From the NCBI GenBank assembly GCA_036785375.1, contig JAWMAR010000001.1, positions 22,940,001 through 23,004,000 of the forward strand: a stretch of DNA of 64,000 nt. The letters run 5' to 3'. The stretch is from Leucoraja ocellata (Eukaryota). The position numbers were made by a program, and so were the translations under genes. The notes below the pieces were generated by a model. That model ran no database searches and was not told where the DNA came from. It worked only from the letters and a program-made list of their open reading frames with translations. Position 1 is the first letter of the stretch; each line of letters starts with the position of its first letter. Below, piece after piece: positions 31,351 to 43,248 of the stretch.

Positions 31351-33224
31351 CTTGAAACAGCAGAACGGGTAGAGTGACCGTGAAATATCGTCCCCACGCC
31401 AGCCCACCGCCAACACACCCCCTCAACCAGATGTTGACCCCCATCCCCAAAAGAAGTCGTCACCCAGGGGACTGTCGTCTGAATTCAAGTCCCACTACAG
31501 AGGTTTGAGAACAGAATAAGGCAAGGGGTCCTCCCGAAGGTGTGTTGTAATGTCAAGAGATGTTGCCTTTAGTGTGAAATAAAACTGCACTCTCTAGTAG
31601 ATGGTAAAAGATGTTACAAAATTCTTAAGGGGCTGGACAGGCTAGATGCTAGAAGATTGTTCCCGATGTTGGGGAAGTCCAAAACAAGGGGTCACAGTTT
31701 AAGTATAAGGGAGAAGTCTTTTAGGACCGAGATGAGAGGAAAAAAATTCACACAGAGAGTGGTGAATCTGTGGAATTCTCTGCCACAGAAAGTAGTTGAG
31801 GCCAGTTCATTGGCTATATTTAAGAGGGAGTTAGATGTGGCCCTTGTGGCTAAAGGGATCAGGGGGTATGGAGAGAAGGCAGGTACAGGACGCTGAGTTG
31901 GATGATCAGCTAATGGCCTACTCCTGCACCTATTTTCTCTGTTTCTATGTTTAAGGGCAGCACAGTGGCAGAGTTGCTGCCTCACAGCGCCAGAGACCCC
32001 AGTTCGATCCTGACTACAGGTGCTGGTCTGTACGGAGTTTGTATATTCTCCGTGTGACCGCATGGTTTTCACCGGGTGCCCCGGTTTCCTACTGCATGCC
32101 AAAGACATGCAGGTTTGTAGGGCTGACGGTGTCTGTAAATTGTAATCATTATCCCTTGATGCTAGGATAGTGCGAGTGTTCGAAGTGATCGCATGTCGAC
32201 GCGGACTCAGTGGGCCAAAGGGCCTGTTTCCACTGCATATCTCTGAAGTAATGGTGGACTTACACGGTACTGCACTCCAGTTACCTTCCATCATCACCTT
32301 CTGCTTCTTACCATAGGATCTTTGCTTCTCACCATCAAGCTAATTAAGTATCCACTTACCTAGCTCTCGCTGTATCCTATGTAATCTAACCTTAAGGGCC
32401 GCCAACTTTCAACATTTAGCAAAGGCCTTGCTGAAGTCCATATAGTCAGTGTCTACTGTCCTGCCCTCCTCAACCTTTTCAAAATACCCAAAGCCATGAG
32501 ATCTGATCCCCTACACACTAAATGTGTAGGAGGGAATTTCAGATGCTGGTTTAAACCAAAGACAGAGACAAAAAGCTGGAATAACTCAGCAGGACAGGCA
32601 GCATCTCTGGAGAAGAGGATTAGATGACGTTTTGGGTCGAGACTCTTCTTCAGACTGTCTCAACCCGAAATATCTCCTCTACCTTTTATCCAAAGATGCT
32701 GTCTGACCCGCTGAGCTACTCCAGCTTTTCGTGTCTATCTTGTGACTAGAGGTCATAGCCTATGAATTAAAGGACGTTCTTTTCTGAAGATGAGAAGGAA
32801 TTTCTTCAGCCATAGGGTGGTGAATCTGTGGAATTCTTTGGAGGCTGTCAGTGGATATATTTCAGACAGAGATAGATTGATTCTTTATTAGTACGGGTGT
32901 CCGAGATTATGGGGAGAAGGCAGGTGTATAGGGTTAGGAGGGAGAGATAGATCACCCATCATTGCATGGCAGAGTAGGCTTGATGGGCAGAATGGCCTAA
33001 TTCTGATCCTATCACTTATGACCTTATGAACGAGGTTCAGGGGCAAAATAACCTCAGCTCGTGACTTTGGCTCACACACCGTTCCTTGCCGGCTCTTACT
33101 TAAAACCGTACTCGTTCAAAATATGTTATTACTATACGAGACTATTCTCCAGGAATTTTATACTTTCCACACAAAGGACTAAAAATGATTTTATTTCATT
33201 GTTTTAATATCCTCAGTGGCGCTA

Positions 33225-33304
33225 TTAAATGTCCGATTTTTTCTCCAGCTCCGCTAACGCTTTCTTGACTCTCTGGTGAATGACGTTCATGGCAATCCAG
33301 TGAC
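33225..33304 (-). CDS. TEX33: TEX33 terminal exon (HWIAMNVIHQRVKKALAELEKKSDI*)
   Basis: ttttag|, TAA at 33227-33225, AATAAA at 33195-33190. Confidence 0.85.
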
Positions 33305-35213
33305 CTAAAAGATGCACACAACCTTGCTAGTAATCAGGGCTTAAACTTGCAATTCAACTATCTAGATCAGACTATACAGGTAGTCTTTGGGTAACGGGAC
33401 GGTTCAGTTCCCGAGAAACAGGGCGGCACCATATATACTCTCCCTGCCCTCTCTCTCTACCCCCCTCCCTCTCCCTCTCTAGTGCGCCTGCGAGTTGGGG
33501 GCTATGAGTGAGTGGATAGGGCGGTGGGTGGGGTAAAAGGAGCGAATTAATAATATTAATATAATATCAAGAGGCTGGTTAGTGTGTGGGGGGGGTGGTT
33601 AGTGTGTGTATGGGGGGGGGGGGTTAGTGTGTGTATGGGGGGGGTAGTTAGAATGTGTGACGTCGCAGGCCAGGCCGCCCCCCCCCCCCCCCCCCCTCCG
33701 CAACCGCGCGTTGAGGGGACGGGACCCAACGGGTCCCACATAGTCTGGTATATATATATGAATGTGTGTGTGTTTACAGTGTGATTATTAGAGTGTTTAC
33801 AGTGTACTGTGTTTTCATACACTGAGCTTTGTGTGGGTATTAGAGTGAGGATGTGTTGGAAGAAACTACGGATAGGCACAAAAAGCTGGAGTAACTCCTA
33901 CACAAGGATGCTGGTTTAAACCAAAGATAGACGCGAAAAGCTGGAGTAACTCAGCAGGACAGGCAGCATCTCTGGAGAGAAGGAATGGGTGAGGTTTGGG
34001 GTCGAGACCCTTCTGATGATGTTGGATGATGATCCTCCACTTGCTTTCTGACTCACTGAATACTCCAGCACTTTGTGTCCATCTTAGAGTAAGGATCATG
34101 GGTTGAAGAATTATTGGCAGCGTTCATGTTCGTAAGTGATAGGAGCAGAATGTGGCCATTCGGCCCATCAAGTCTACTCCAGAATTTAATCATGGCTGAT
34201 CTATCTCTCCCTCCTGACCCCATTCCCCTGCCTTCTCCCTATAACCTCTGACACCTGTACTCATCAAAAATCTATCTATCTCTGCTTTAAAAATATCCTT
34301 TTGCTTGGAACAAAGCCTGACAGGGTCCCGACCCGAAACGTCACCTATTCCTTTTCTCCAGAGATGCTGTCTGACCCGCTGAGTTACTCCAGCTCTTTGT
34401 GACCATCCAACAAACGGTTGACTGCCTTCAGGAGGGGGACTGGGGAGTTTGTGTGGATTAGAACACAAGAAAGAGAGACAAGACGCCCCTCTCCCAAACA
34501 GGCAAAAGCTAGTGAAGTGTGAAAATGCACGCCACCACATTCAGGGACAGTTTCTTCCCAGCAGTTATCAGGCAACTGAATCCTACCACAACCAGAGAGC
34601 AGTGCTGCACTGCTATCTACCTCTTTGGTAACCCTCGGACTATCCTCGATCGGACATTGCTGGCTTCACCTTGCACTAAATGTCATTCCATTATCATGTT
34701 TCTGTACGCTGTAAGTAGATCGATTGTAATCATGTATTGTCTTTCTGCTGACTGGTTAGCACGCAACAAAAAAGCTTTCCACTGTACCTCGGTACACGTG
34801 GCAATAAACTAAACTGAAACTGATTTCTCCTTCCATCCCATCTTTCCCCCATCAGCTTCCGGCAGATCTCAGAGGGGTTGGATAGCGGGCAAGGACGCGC
34901 GCAAGGCAAGGTATACAAGTGCCGTACTCAGATCATCTGATGTTCGGCCGTGCCAGTGTTTGGGGTCTCGTCGATGCCGGTCAAATACCTCCTTGGTGTA
35001 GGTGGAATGGGCCTCGCTCTTCCAGGAGCCCGAGTAACCTAGCGTCACAACAACACAGGCATCCATATCAGACCCCACTTCCCTGCGCAAGGATGGTTCA
35101 CACATAATAAAGCCTTATAGAGTGGCACAGCGTGGAAACAAGCCTTTCGGCCCAACTTGCCCACACCGCCCAACACGTCCCATCTACACGTCCTACCTGC
35201 CCATGTTTGACCC

Positions 35214-35245
<32 letters not shown>

Positions 35246-38200
35246 TAATAATCTTATTTATATAGCACATTTTTAGTCAACTTGCATTGACCCCAAAGTG
35301 CTTCACATAATTACATTACATTTACACACAGGCAAAGGTGGGTGAAGTGTCTTGCCCCAAGGACACAACGACAGTATGCACTCCAAGCGGGATTCAAACC
35401 GGCTACCTTCCGGTCGCCAGCCGAACACTTAGCCCATTGCGCCATCTGTCGTCCCTCCAAACCTGTCCTATCCATGCACCTGTCTGACTGTTTTTTTAAC
35501 TGTTGGGATAGTCCCTGCCACAACTACCTCCTCTGGCAGCCTGTTCCATACACCCACCACCACTTTATGTTTGAAAAAGTGACCCCTCAGGTTTCTGTTA
35601 AATCTTTTCCCCTTCATCTTAAACCTGTGTCCTCTGGTCCTCGATTCACCTACTCTGGGCAAGAGACTGTGCGTCTCCCCGATCCATTCCTTCCAAAGCG
35701 ACAGCCCGATTAATTCCTCAGAAGTTCATCCAAATTAAAATGTTCGGCCCAGACTGGTCTGGCTCTGGTCGGGGATAGTTTTTCTGACCTGTTTTCTCCT
35801 CCATTGACGCTGCCTGGCCTGCTGACTATTTCCCTCCTTTCCTTTTTAACCGTGATATCAACATTTTTCCATCTACTTGAATAAAAATGATACCTGCTGG
35901 TATCATACCAGCTGGCTTTAATGTCAATATATTTGCATGTTTTAATATACCTGTAGATTTTGTCAATACATCTTCTTTGAAGGTCAACAAAACTGCTGGT
36001 TTTACAGTCAATATACTTGCTGGGTTTGAGGTCAATATATTTAGAATCATAGAAACATAGAAAATAGGTGCAGGAGTAGGCCATTCGGCCCTTCGAGCCT
36101 GCACCGCCATTCAATATGATCATGGCTGATCATCCAACTCAGTATCCTGTACCTGCTTTCTCTCCATACCCCCTGATCCCTTTAGCCACAAGGGCCACAT
36201 CTAACTCCCTCTTAAATATAGCCAATGAACTGGCCTCAACTACTTTCTGTGGCAGGGAATTCCACAGATTCACCACTCTCTGTGTGAAAAATGTTTTTCT
36301 CATCTCGGTCCTAAAAGACTTCCCCCTTATCCTTAAACTGTGACCCCTTGTTCTGGACTTCCCCAACATCGGGAACAATCTTCCTGCATCTAGCCTGTCC
36401 AACCCCTTAAGAATTTTGTACGTTTCTATAAGATCCCCCCTCAATCTTCTAAATTCTAGCGAGTACAAGCCGAGTCTATCCAGTCTTTCTTCATATGAAA
36501 GTCCTGCCATCCCAAGAATCAGTCTGGTGAACCTTCTCTGTACTCCCTCTATGGCAAGAATGTCTTTCCTCAGATTAGGAGACCAAAACTGTACACAATA
36601 CTCTAGGTGTGGTCTCACCAAGGCCCTGTACAACTGCAGAAGAACCTCCCTGCTCCTATACTCAAATCCTTCAATCCAAGATATATTCTTATTAACACTG
36701 GAATATACTTACTTTCCAATCTTTCCCACTCCTCTGTAACTTGATTGGCTGTACTAGCATTAGCTGAAGATCAGAGTGAACACTTTATGAATGTTTTCAG
36801 CCAAGGACTTTAGTTAGAATGGGCAGTACCTGGGAAGATGTTACATCGCAGGGGAAAGCCAATTTGTTCATACATGTTTGCCTCATCCATGATGTTCTCT
36901 GCTGCGTCCACTGTGGTGTCCTTGGCATCCAGCGTTCCTGCAGGATGTTCTTTGTTATACAAGAACTCCTTAACCTTCAGGGGAGCAGCAATAAAACGCA
37001 GGTCAGGGTGGACACAGTCCAAACAGCATTCCCTCCGCTTTGTTTAATAAGGGGTGAGACCTTGTGGGCATGGATGTCATCTGATTCTGGTCGCTTGCCA
37101 GAACTCTGGTAATGCTGAGGCTCTATAAGGCGCTAGGTCAGCTCGCATTTGGAGTATTGTGAGCAATTTTGGGCACAAAATCCGAGGAAGGACGTGCTGT
37201 CCCTGGAGAGGGTCCAAGAATGATCCCAGGAATGTGTGGGTTAACTTATGAGCATTTGATGGCACTGGGCCTGTACTCGCTGGAGATGAGAAGAATGAGG
37301 GGGGACCTCATTGATACTGAATAGTGAAAGGCTTGGATAGAGTGGATGTGGAGAGGATGTTTCCACTGGTGGGAGAGTCTAGGACTAGAGGGCACAGCCT
37401 CAGAATTAATGGACATTCCTTTAGGAAGATGAGAAGGAATTTCTTTAGTCAGAGGGTGGTGAATCTGTGGAATCCTTTGCCACAGAAGGCTGTGGAGGCC
37501 AAGTCAGTGGTTATTTTTAATAATAATCTTATTTATATAGCACATTTTTAGTCAACTTGCATTGACCCCAAAGTGCTTCACATAATTACATTACATTTAC
37601 ACACAGGCAAAGGTGGGTGAAGTGTCTTGCCCCAAGGACACAACGACAGTATGCACTCCAAGCGGGATTCGAACCGGCTACCTTCCGGTCGCCAGCCGAA
37701 CACTTAGCCCATTGTGCCATCTGTCGTCCCAGATGCAGAGATAGATAGATTCTTGATTAGTACGGGTGTCAGGGGTTCTGGAGAGAAGGCAGGAGAATGG
37801 GGCTGGGAGAGAGAGATAAATCAACCATGATTGACTGGCAAAGTAGACTTGATGGGCCCAATGGCCTAATTCTGCTCCTGTTACTTATGATCTTGTGTAA
37901 CAATATTCACAGATTGACTATATGTGGTTAATATTTAGTTTGTATTTAGTGTTTAGTATTATTTAATGTGAAGAAGGGTTTCAACCCTAAACATCACCCA
38001 TTCCTTCTCTCCAAAGATGCTGCCTGTCCCACTGAGCTACTCCAGCATTTTGTGTATATCTTCGGTGTTAACCAGCACCCACAGCTCCTTCCTACATATT
38101 GTTTAATTTAGTTTAGTTTAAATATAAACGAAAGGGAAAGCAGAACCTTCGGCCCACCAAGTCCACGCCAACCATAGGTCACCCATGTTCTATCCTATCC

Positions 38201-41200
38201 CACTTTCTCCTCCTACACTCCAGGGGCAATTTACAGAGGCCAATTAACCTGCAAACCTGCACGTCTTTGGAGTGTGGGAGAGAACCGGAGCACCCGGAGA
38301 AAACCCACGCGGTCACAGGGAGAACGTACAAACTCCACACACAGACAGCACCCGTGGTCAGGATCAAACCCAGGTCTCTGAGGCACTGTGCATGTCCCAC
38401 TTTCATGACCTAATTCCCGACCTTTTTTTACTCCTGGGCATTTTTCATCATGTTGAAAAAACGCCCCGACCTACTTGTTGCCACGAATACCTACGACTAG
38501 CATCACGACCTGCTATGACCTACCTACGACTTCTTACGACCTCACGACGACCATGCTGAGAGTATGAGTCAGGGGCAAACTCGGCAGAGATCGTGAATTA
38601 GTTCGTGAAAGTGGGACAGGCCCAATGTACCACTGTTGGACTCTGGCCTTGCACTCTCCCCGCTGGTGGAAACATCCTCTCCACATCCACGTCAGCTAAA
38701 CAGGTCTTTTCACTAACCTTTTCGTCCGATAGGACCTCATTCACAATGTTGGTCCTGAACTTGTGCTCGATGTTTCTCGGGATTAGACATCGCAGGTCCC
38801 GAGAGGGCGGCCTGCCTGGAGTCTCACACATCGGCGACCGGGAGCCGGGCTGCTCCCCCTGCATGGACGTCGCGCTCCCCTCGAGGTTTCTGACAGGGCT
38901 GCCGGTCTGCGATTTGGGCGACTTCTTCGGGGGGAAAGGGGAAGCCCCTTCCTTGGCCAAGCCGCCGCACGGGGTGGCCGTCCCGTCCCCGGCAGAGCCC
39001 GCCTTCGAGCTTGGGCTCCTCACAAGGTCGTGGCACAGTTGGCCAGACTTGGGGGTGTGGACTGGCTGCGTCCTGCAGTCTCTCTCTGTCCCTTGCACCA
39101 ACGGAGGCTCGGGTTGACAACGACATTCGGACGCATCAGGACTGTGTCCCTCTGGTACCTCTGCAAGCCAGAGTTGAAATCATTTAGGGTGCAATTTGCA
39201 CATTCGCTCACTCAATTTCCACTGAATGTTGAGAACCTAGTTCAGATTCCAGTGATAGAAACATAGAAACATAGAAAATAGGTGCAGGATGAGGCCGTTC
39301 GGCCCTTCGAGCCAGCACCGCCATTCATTGTGATCATGACTGATCGTTCCCTATCAATAACCCGAGCCTGCTTTCTCCCCATATCCCTTGACACCACTAG
39401 CCCCTAGAGCTCTATCTAACTCTCTCTTAAATCCATCCAGTGATTTGGCCTCCACTGCCCTCTGTGGCAGAGAATTCCACAAATTCACAACAGTGATACA
39501 GTGTGGAAACAGGTCCTTCGGCCCACAGAGTCCATGCCGACCAACATTACCCTACACTCTAGGGTCTTTTAAATGCCGTTGGAGTGCCAGCCTCAACTAT
39601 CACTTCTAGCAGCTCTTTCCATATACCGACCAGCCTCTGATTGAAATAATTTCCCCTCAGGTTCCTGTTAAATCCTCCCCCGTTCACCTTAAACCTTTGC
39701 GTTTGTAGATTCTCACTGTGACCTGCGTGGGTTTTCTCCGGGTGCACTGGTTTCTACCCACACTCCAAAGACGTGCAGGTTTGTTGGTTAATTGGCTCAG
39801 GTAAAAATGGTATATTGTCCCTAGCGTGTGCAGGGTAGTGTTAGTGTGTCAAGGACGAGTCTCACCCTGGCCACTCCGTCTTCTCCCTTCTCCCATCAGG
39901 CAAAAGGTACAGAAGTGTGAAAACGCACACCTCCAGATTCGGGGACAGTTTCTTCCCAGCTGTTATCAGGCAACTGAACCATCCTACCACAACCAGAGAG
40001 CAGTGCTGAACTATTACAGTGTATCTAATCTACCCATTTAATGACCCTCGGACTGTCATATGCCGAGAGAATGGAGCGGCTGGGCTTGTACACTCTGGAG
40101 TTCAGAAGGATGAGAGGACACCTTATTGAAACATATAAGATTGTTAAGGGTTTGGACACGCTAGAGGCAGGAAACATGTTCCCGATGTTGGGGGAGTCCA
40201 GAACCAGGGGCCACAGTTTAAGAATAAGGAGTAAGCCATATAGAACGGAGATGAGGAAACACTTTTTCTCACAGAGAGTGGTGAGTCTGTGGAATTCTCT
40301 GCCTCAGAGGGCGGTGGAGGCAGGTTCTCTGGATACTTTCAAGAGAGAGCTAGATAGGGCTCTTAAAGATAGCGGAGTCAGGGGATATGGGGAGAAGGCG
40401 GGAACGGGGTACTGATTGGGGATGATCACATTGAATGGTGGTGCTGGCTCGAAGGGACGAATGGCCTACTCCTGCTCCTTTGTTATTCCCTTATCATGCA
40501 TCTATACACTATAAATGGATCGATTGCATTCACGTGTTGTCTTTCTGCTGACTGGTTAGCACATAACAAAGCTTTTCACTGTACCTCAGTACACGTGACA
40601 ATAAACTCAACTGAACGGTATGGGGGTCGTAGGTCGGCGCGAACTCGGTGGGCCGATGGGCCTGTTTCCATGCTGTATCTAAACTAAACTAACTCTACCA
40701 GCTGCACCACTGTTGTTGCCACATCCTCTGGTAATGAAATGCCCGGTTATGCATCCCCTTACCTTTGTCCAAACCTTGACTGTCCAGCGTCGTGCCAAAG
40801 AGGCTTCGACCGGGGAAACTGCTTGCTGCTGCCACTTTCGTTTTCCTCAGTTTCTCTGGAACATATATATATATTTTAATACAAACTATTCTAAAGTTGA
40901 TTTGTAGGAAGGAACTGCAGATGCTGGTTTACACTGAAGATAGACACAAAATGCTGGAGTAACTGTGGAATATTGTCTGTGGAATTCTCTGCCTCTGACC
41001 ACCGCTGCCGACTGTGTGGAGTTGGCACGTTCTCCTTGGGGCTCTGGAGTCTACCCAGGGTGGGGAGGTGAAAGATTAGAAACCACAGCTTTGAGCTGAG
41101 AGGGATAAAGTTTAACGGAGACTTGCGGAGCAAGGTCTTTTACACAGAGGGTGGTGGGTGCCTGGAACGCGCTGCCAGGGGTGGTGGCAGAAACGATAGT

Positions 41201-42871
41201 GGTGGAATTTAGTCTGTGGAATTCTCTGCCTCAGGCTGGGAGGGATTGTCTAGATGGCTAGGGCAGATGTGATCGCAAGAACAAAACAACAGAACTGTGG
41301 AACTGGTAAAAACGACTAGGGTGGAGGAAGGGGTCACCGGGATATTAACCTCTGATGTTACAGCCTGACGAGTTGTTTTTTTTCTATTTCCAACAGCGTG
41401 TAAAGTTGGTCTGCGTTAATGGTATTTATTTATTTAGCGAATGCAAAGTCCTTTAGCCAAGCAGTTGCCTCTTGATCTGCTGTATGAAGGGTGACAAGTC
41501 CTCCTTTGAGCCTTTGTTGAGGGCATGCTTCAATGATGTGTTGCATTGTTTGCTGCTCTCCACAAGCACACCGTGGGGTTGGACTGCTGCCCCATTTGTG
41601 AAGGCTGGCCAAGCAGGGGCCATATCCAGTCCTGAATCTATTCAGCGTCATCCACTGCTTCCTTGGGAGATTGGTGCCAGGGACCCCGGTAGGGTGGGGT
41701 CTGACACCAGATGTTTATTTGGGACGTCCTTGGACTCCCATTCCTTTTTCCAAGCTGATTGGATGGTGAAATCAGCTGGTGGTGGGTTCTTCCAAATTGG
41801 TCGTCTAGATGGGTGGGTGGGTTGAAGATGTCCATGTGAATTGGCAGGTGAGGGGAGTTTTTGGTCTTTTGGAGCATCCTTTGAGTGAGGACTACTCGCC
41901 GGATGTGTGGAGGGGCTATGTTGGATAGGACAGGGAGCCGGGGAGTGGTGTTGAGCGGATTGTTCCTGTGATGATCCTCATTGTTGAGTTCAGTTGGGTG
42001 TCCACATGGTGTGTGTGGGATGACCTGGACCAAACAGGGACACAATATTCGGCTGAAGAAAATGCAAGGGCTAGTGCTGAAACGCGCAGTGTGGGGGCTG
42101 CTGCCCCCCACTTTGAGCCAGCAAGCTTACTGAGGAGATTGAACCGAGGAAGATGCATAATTAGCCAGGACGTGGGGGATACATTCTTGCTCTGCCTAAC
42201 AATGATACAATTTATTTGTTGTCATTTGAACCTCATTGAGGTTCAAACGAAATTTGGTTTCTGCAGTCATACACACAAGAAAAAGAACCAAGACACAACA
42301 CAATTTACACAAACATCCATCACAGCGAATCTCCTCCTCACTGTGATGGAAGGCAAAGTCTTATCACAATAAATAGTACAAGGGAGTTTTTAGGTTAACC
42401 CAACCGTGCAGATGAGACATCGGCGTCATATTTTAAGAAGCTATTTCCAACACTGTAACACTCCACCAGTACCGTCCGGTAGGATCAGTTTGTCACCAAG
42501 AGGATCTTAAACTCTCTGACTGAGGACCGACACTGTCATCTAAATGTGTACGAAGGAACTGCAAATGCTGTTTTTTGCTGAAGATCATCATAAAATGCCG
42601 GAGAAACTCAGCGGGTCGGGCAGCATCCCTGAAGAAAAGGAATAGGTGACATTTCGGGGCGAGACCCTTCTTTAGACCCTTATCTGAATCTGATCCGCGT
42701 CTGAAGAAGGGTTCCGAGCCGAAACGTTATCTATTCCTTCTCTCCAGAGATGCTGCCTGACCCGAATTACTCCAGCATGTTGTGTCTATCTTCGGGTTCA
42801 TCAACGTGTCGCGGCTTAACAAAAGGAGCTCCGAATCAAGAAATGAGAATGTTGTTACCTGCCAGTTTCAT
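33225..42871 (-). CDS. TEX33: Testis-expressed protein 33 / ciliary microtubule inner protein 4 (TEX33/CIMIP4), ~294 aa
   Basis: Exons 42871-42859, 40855-40763, 39160-38718, 36974-36830, 35038-34928, 33304-33225 = 885 nt, open. LIPRNIEHKFRTNIVNEVLSDEK, YEQIGFPLRCNIFPG and YTKEVFDRHRRDPKHWHGRTSDDL match the TEX33 C-terminal domain as I recall it (IIPNNIRHKFG, HWHGRKTDDL). The two 5'-most exons are less certain. Confidence 0.85.
33440..33748 (+). mobile_element. Non-autonomous Helitron-like element (3' end clear, 5' end uncertain)
   Basis: Hairpin GGGACCC-AAC-GGGTCCC (33721-33737), then CTGG|T (CTRR) 7 nt later. Confidence 0.55.
34928..35038 (-). CDS. TEX33: TEX33 exon (GYSGSWKSEAHSTYTKEVFDRHRRDPKHWHGRTSDDL)
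   Basis: ctag|, |gtacgg, 111 bp. Confidence 0.87.
   Translation of the reverse strand, partial: VTRAPGRARPIPPTPRRYLTGIDETPNTGTAEHQMI
35215..35455 (-). mobile_element. tRNA-derived CORE-like SINE with L2-type tail, copy 1
   Basis: Box A TGGCGCAATGG, box B GTTTGAATCC, GTGTCCTTGGGGCAAGACACTTCACC core, (ATT)n tail. Confidence 0.85.
36045..36668 (-). mobile_element. Young CR1/HER1 LINE 3' fragment with an intact 164-aa ORF2 tail, in a TEX33 intron
   Basis: ORF 36633-36139; tail TTTCTATGTTTCTATG; GATT at both junctions. Confidence 0.92.
36830..36974 (-). CDS. TEX33: TEX33 exon (VKEFLYNKE...YEQIGFPLRCNIFP)
   Basis: ctgaag|, |gtactg, 145 bp. Confidence 0.85.
37518..37730 (-). mobile_element. tRNA-derived CORE-like SINE, copy 2 (near-identical to copy 1), inserted in a CR1
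   Basis: Only two substitutions seen versus 35250-35455. Confidence 0.85.
38718..39160 (-). CDS. TEX33: TEX33 large exon ending LIPRNIEHKFRTNIVNEVLSDEK
   Basis: ttgcag|, |gttagt, 443 bp, GC-rich open frame. Confidence 0.85.
40763..40855 (-). CDS. TEX33: TEX33 exon (KLRKTKVAAASSFPGRSLFGTTLDSQGLDK)
   Basis: ttccag|, |gtaagg, 93 bp, phase 1-1, open. Confidence 0.65.
41424..42150 (-). mobile_element. Vingi/Ingi-clade LINE 3' fragment with frameshifts
   Basis: WGAAAPTLR.SALAL..S.AEYCVPVW.RS.H...VD.QLN; LPVLSNIAPPHIRR; LNRFRTG.G.C...L.KWG...C.CG..QT..HI...CP knuckle; (TAAA)n tail. Confidence 0.75.
42859..42871 (-). CDS. TEX33: TEX33 start exon (MKLA) within a 24-bp micro-exon 42882-42859
   Basis: cttttgcag|TCTCCGAAGTC ATG AAA CTG GCA G|gtaaca; phase 1 fits the next exon. 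Confidence 0.6.
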
Positions 42872-43234
42872 GACTTCGGAGACTGCAAAAGAAAGAGCGG
42901 ACAGCGGTTAGATCTTTGACTTTCACTCTTGTAAGTTTTTTAAAATCACATTTCATTTATTTTTTTTTTTTGGTAGATTCGTGGTTTTTGAGAATAACCG
43001 ACCTTGGAACTGAGGGCAATCGGTGGCTGGGTCCATTTCGCGAGCTGGGTGAAGGAACTGCGGCCGGTCCTGTCTCCGGGCTGATGTGTGTTCAGAGGTT
43101 GGGCGAGGGAACTCCGGCAGCTCTAGTCCAATCTGTGGCAGCGGCTCGGGTCTGTCAAGTGGTTACATGGTCAATTCAGGAGATTCGCTACATTCCCTCC
43201 GCCAACCGACGCCCAGGTAGCCGGACCCATGACA

Positions 43235-43248
43235 GTTGCCGAGGCAAC
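43235..43248. promoter_or_regulatory. RFX X-box (GTTGCCGAGGCAAC) upstream of the putative non-coding first exon of TEX33 (donor near 43003)
   Basis: 12/14 match to the palindromic X-box GTTGCCATGGCAAC in a locally CpG-rich segment. Confidence 0.7.

Noticed and set aside
36139-36633. 164-aa ORF as a host gene
   Set aside because: It is the C-terminus of CR1 ORF2, repeated many times in the window.
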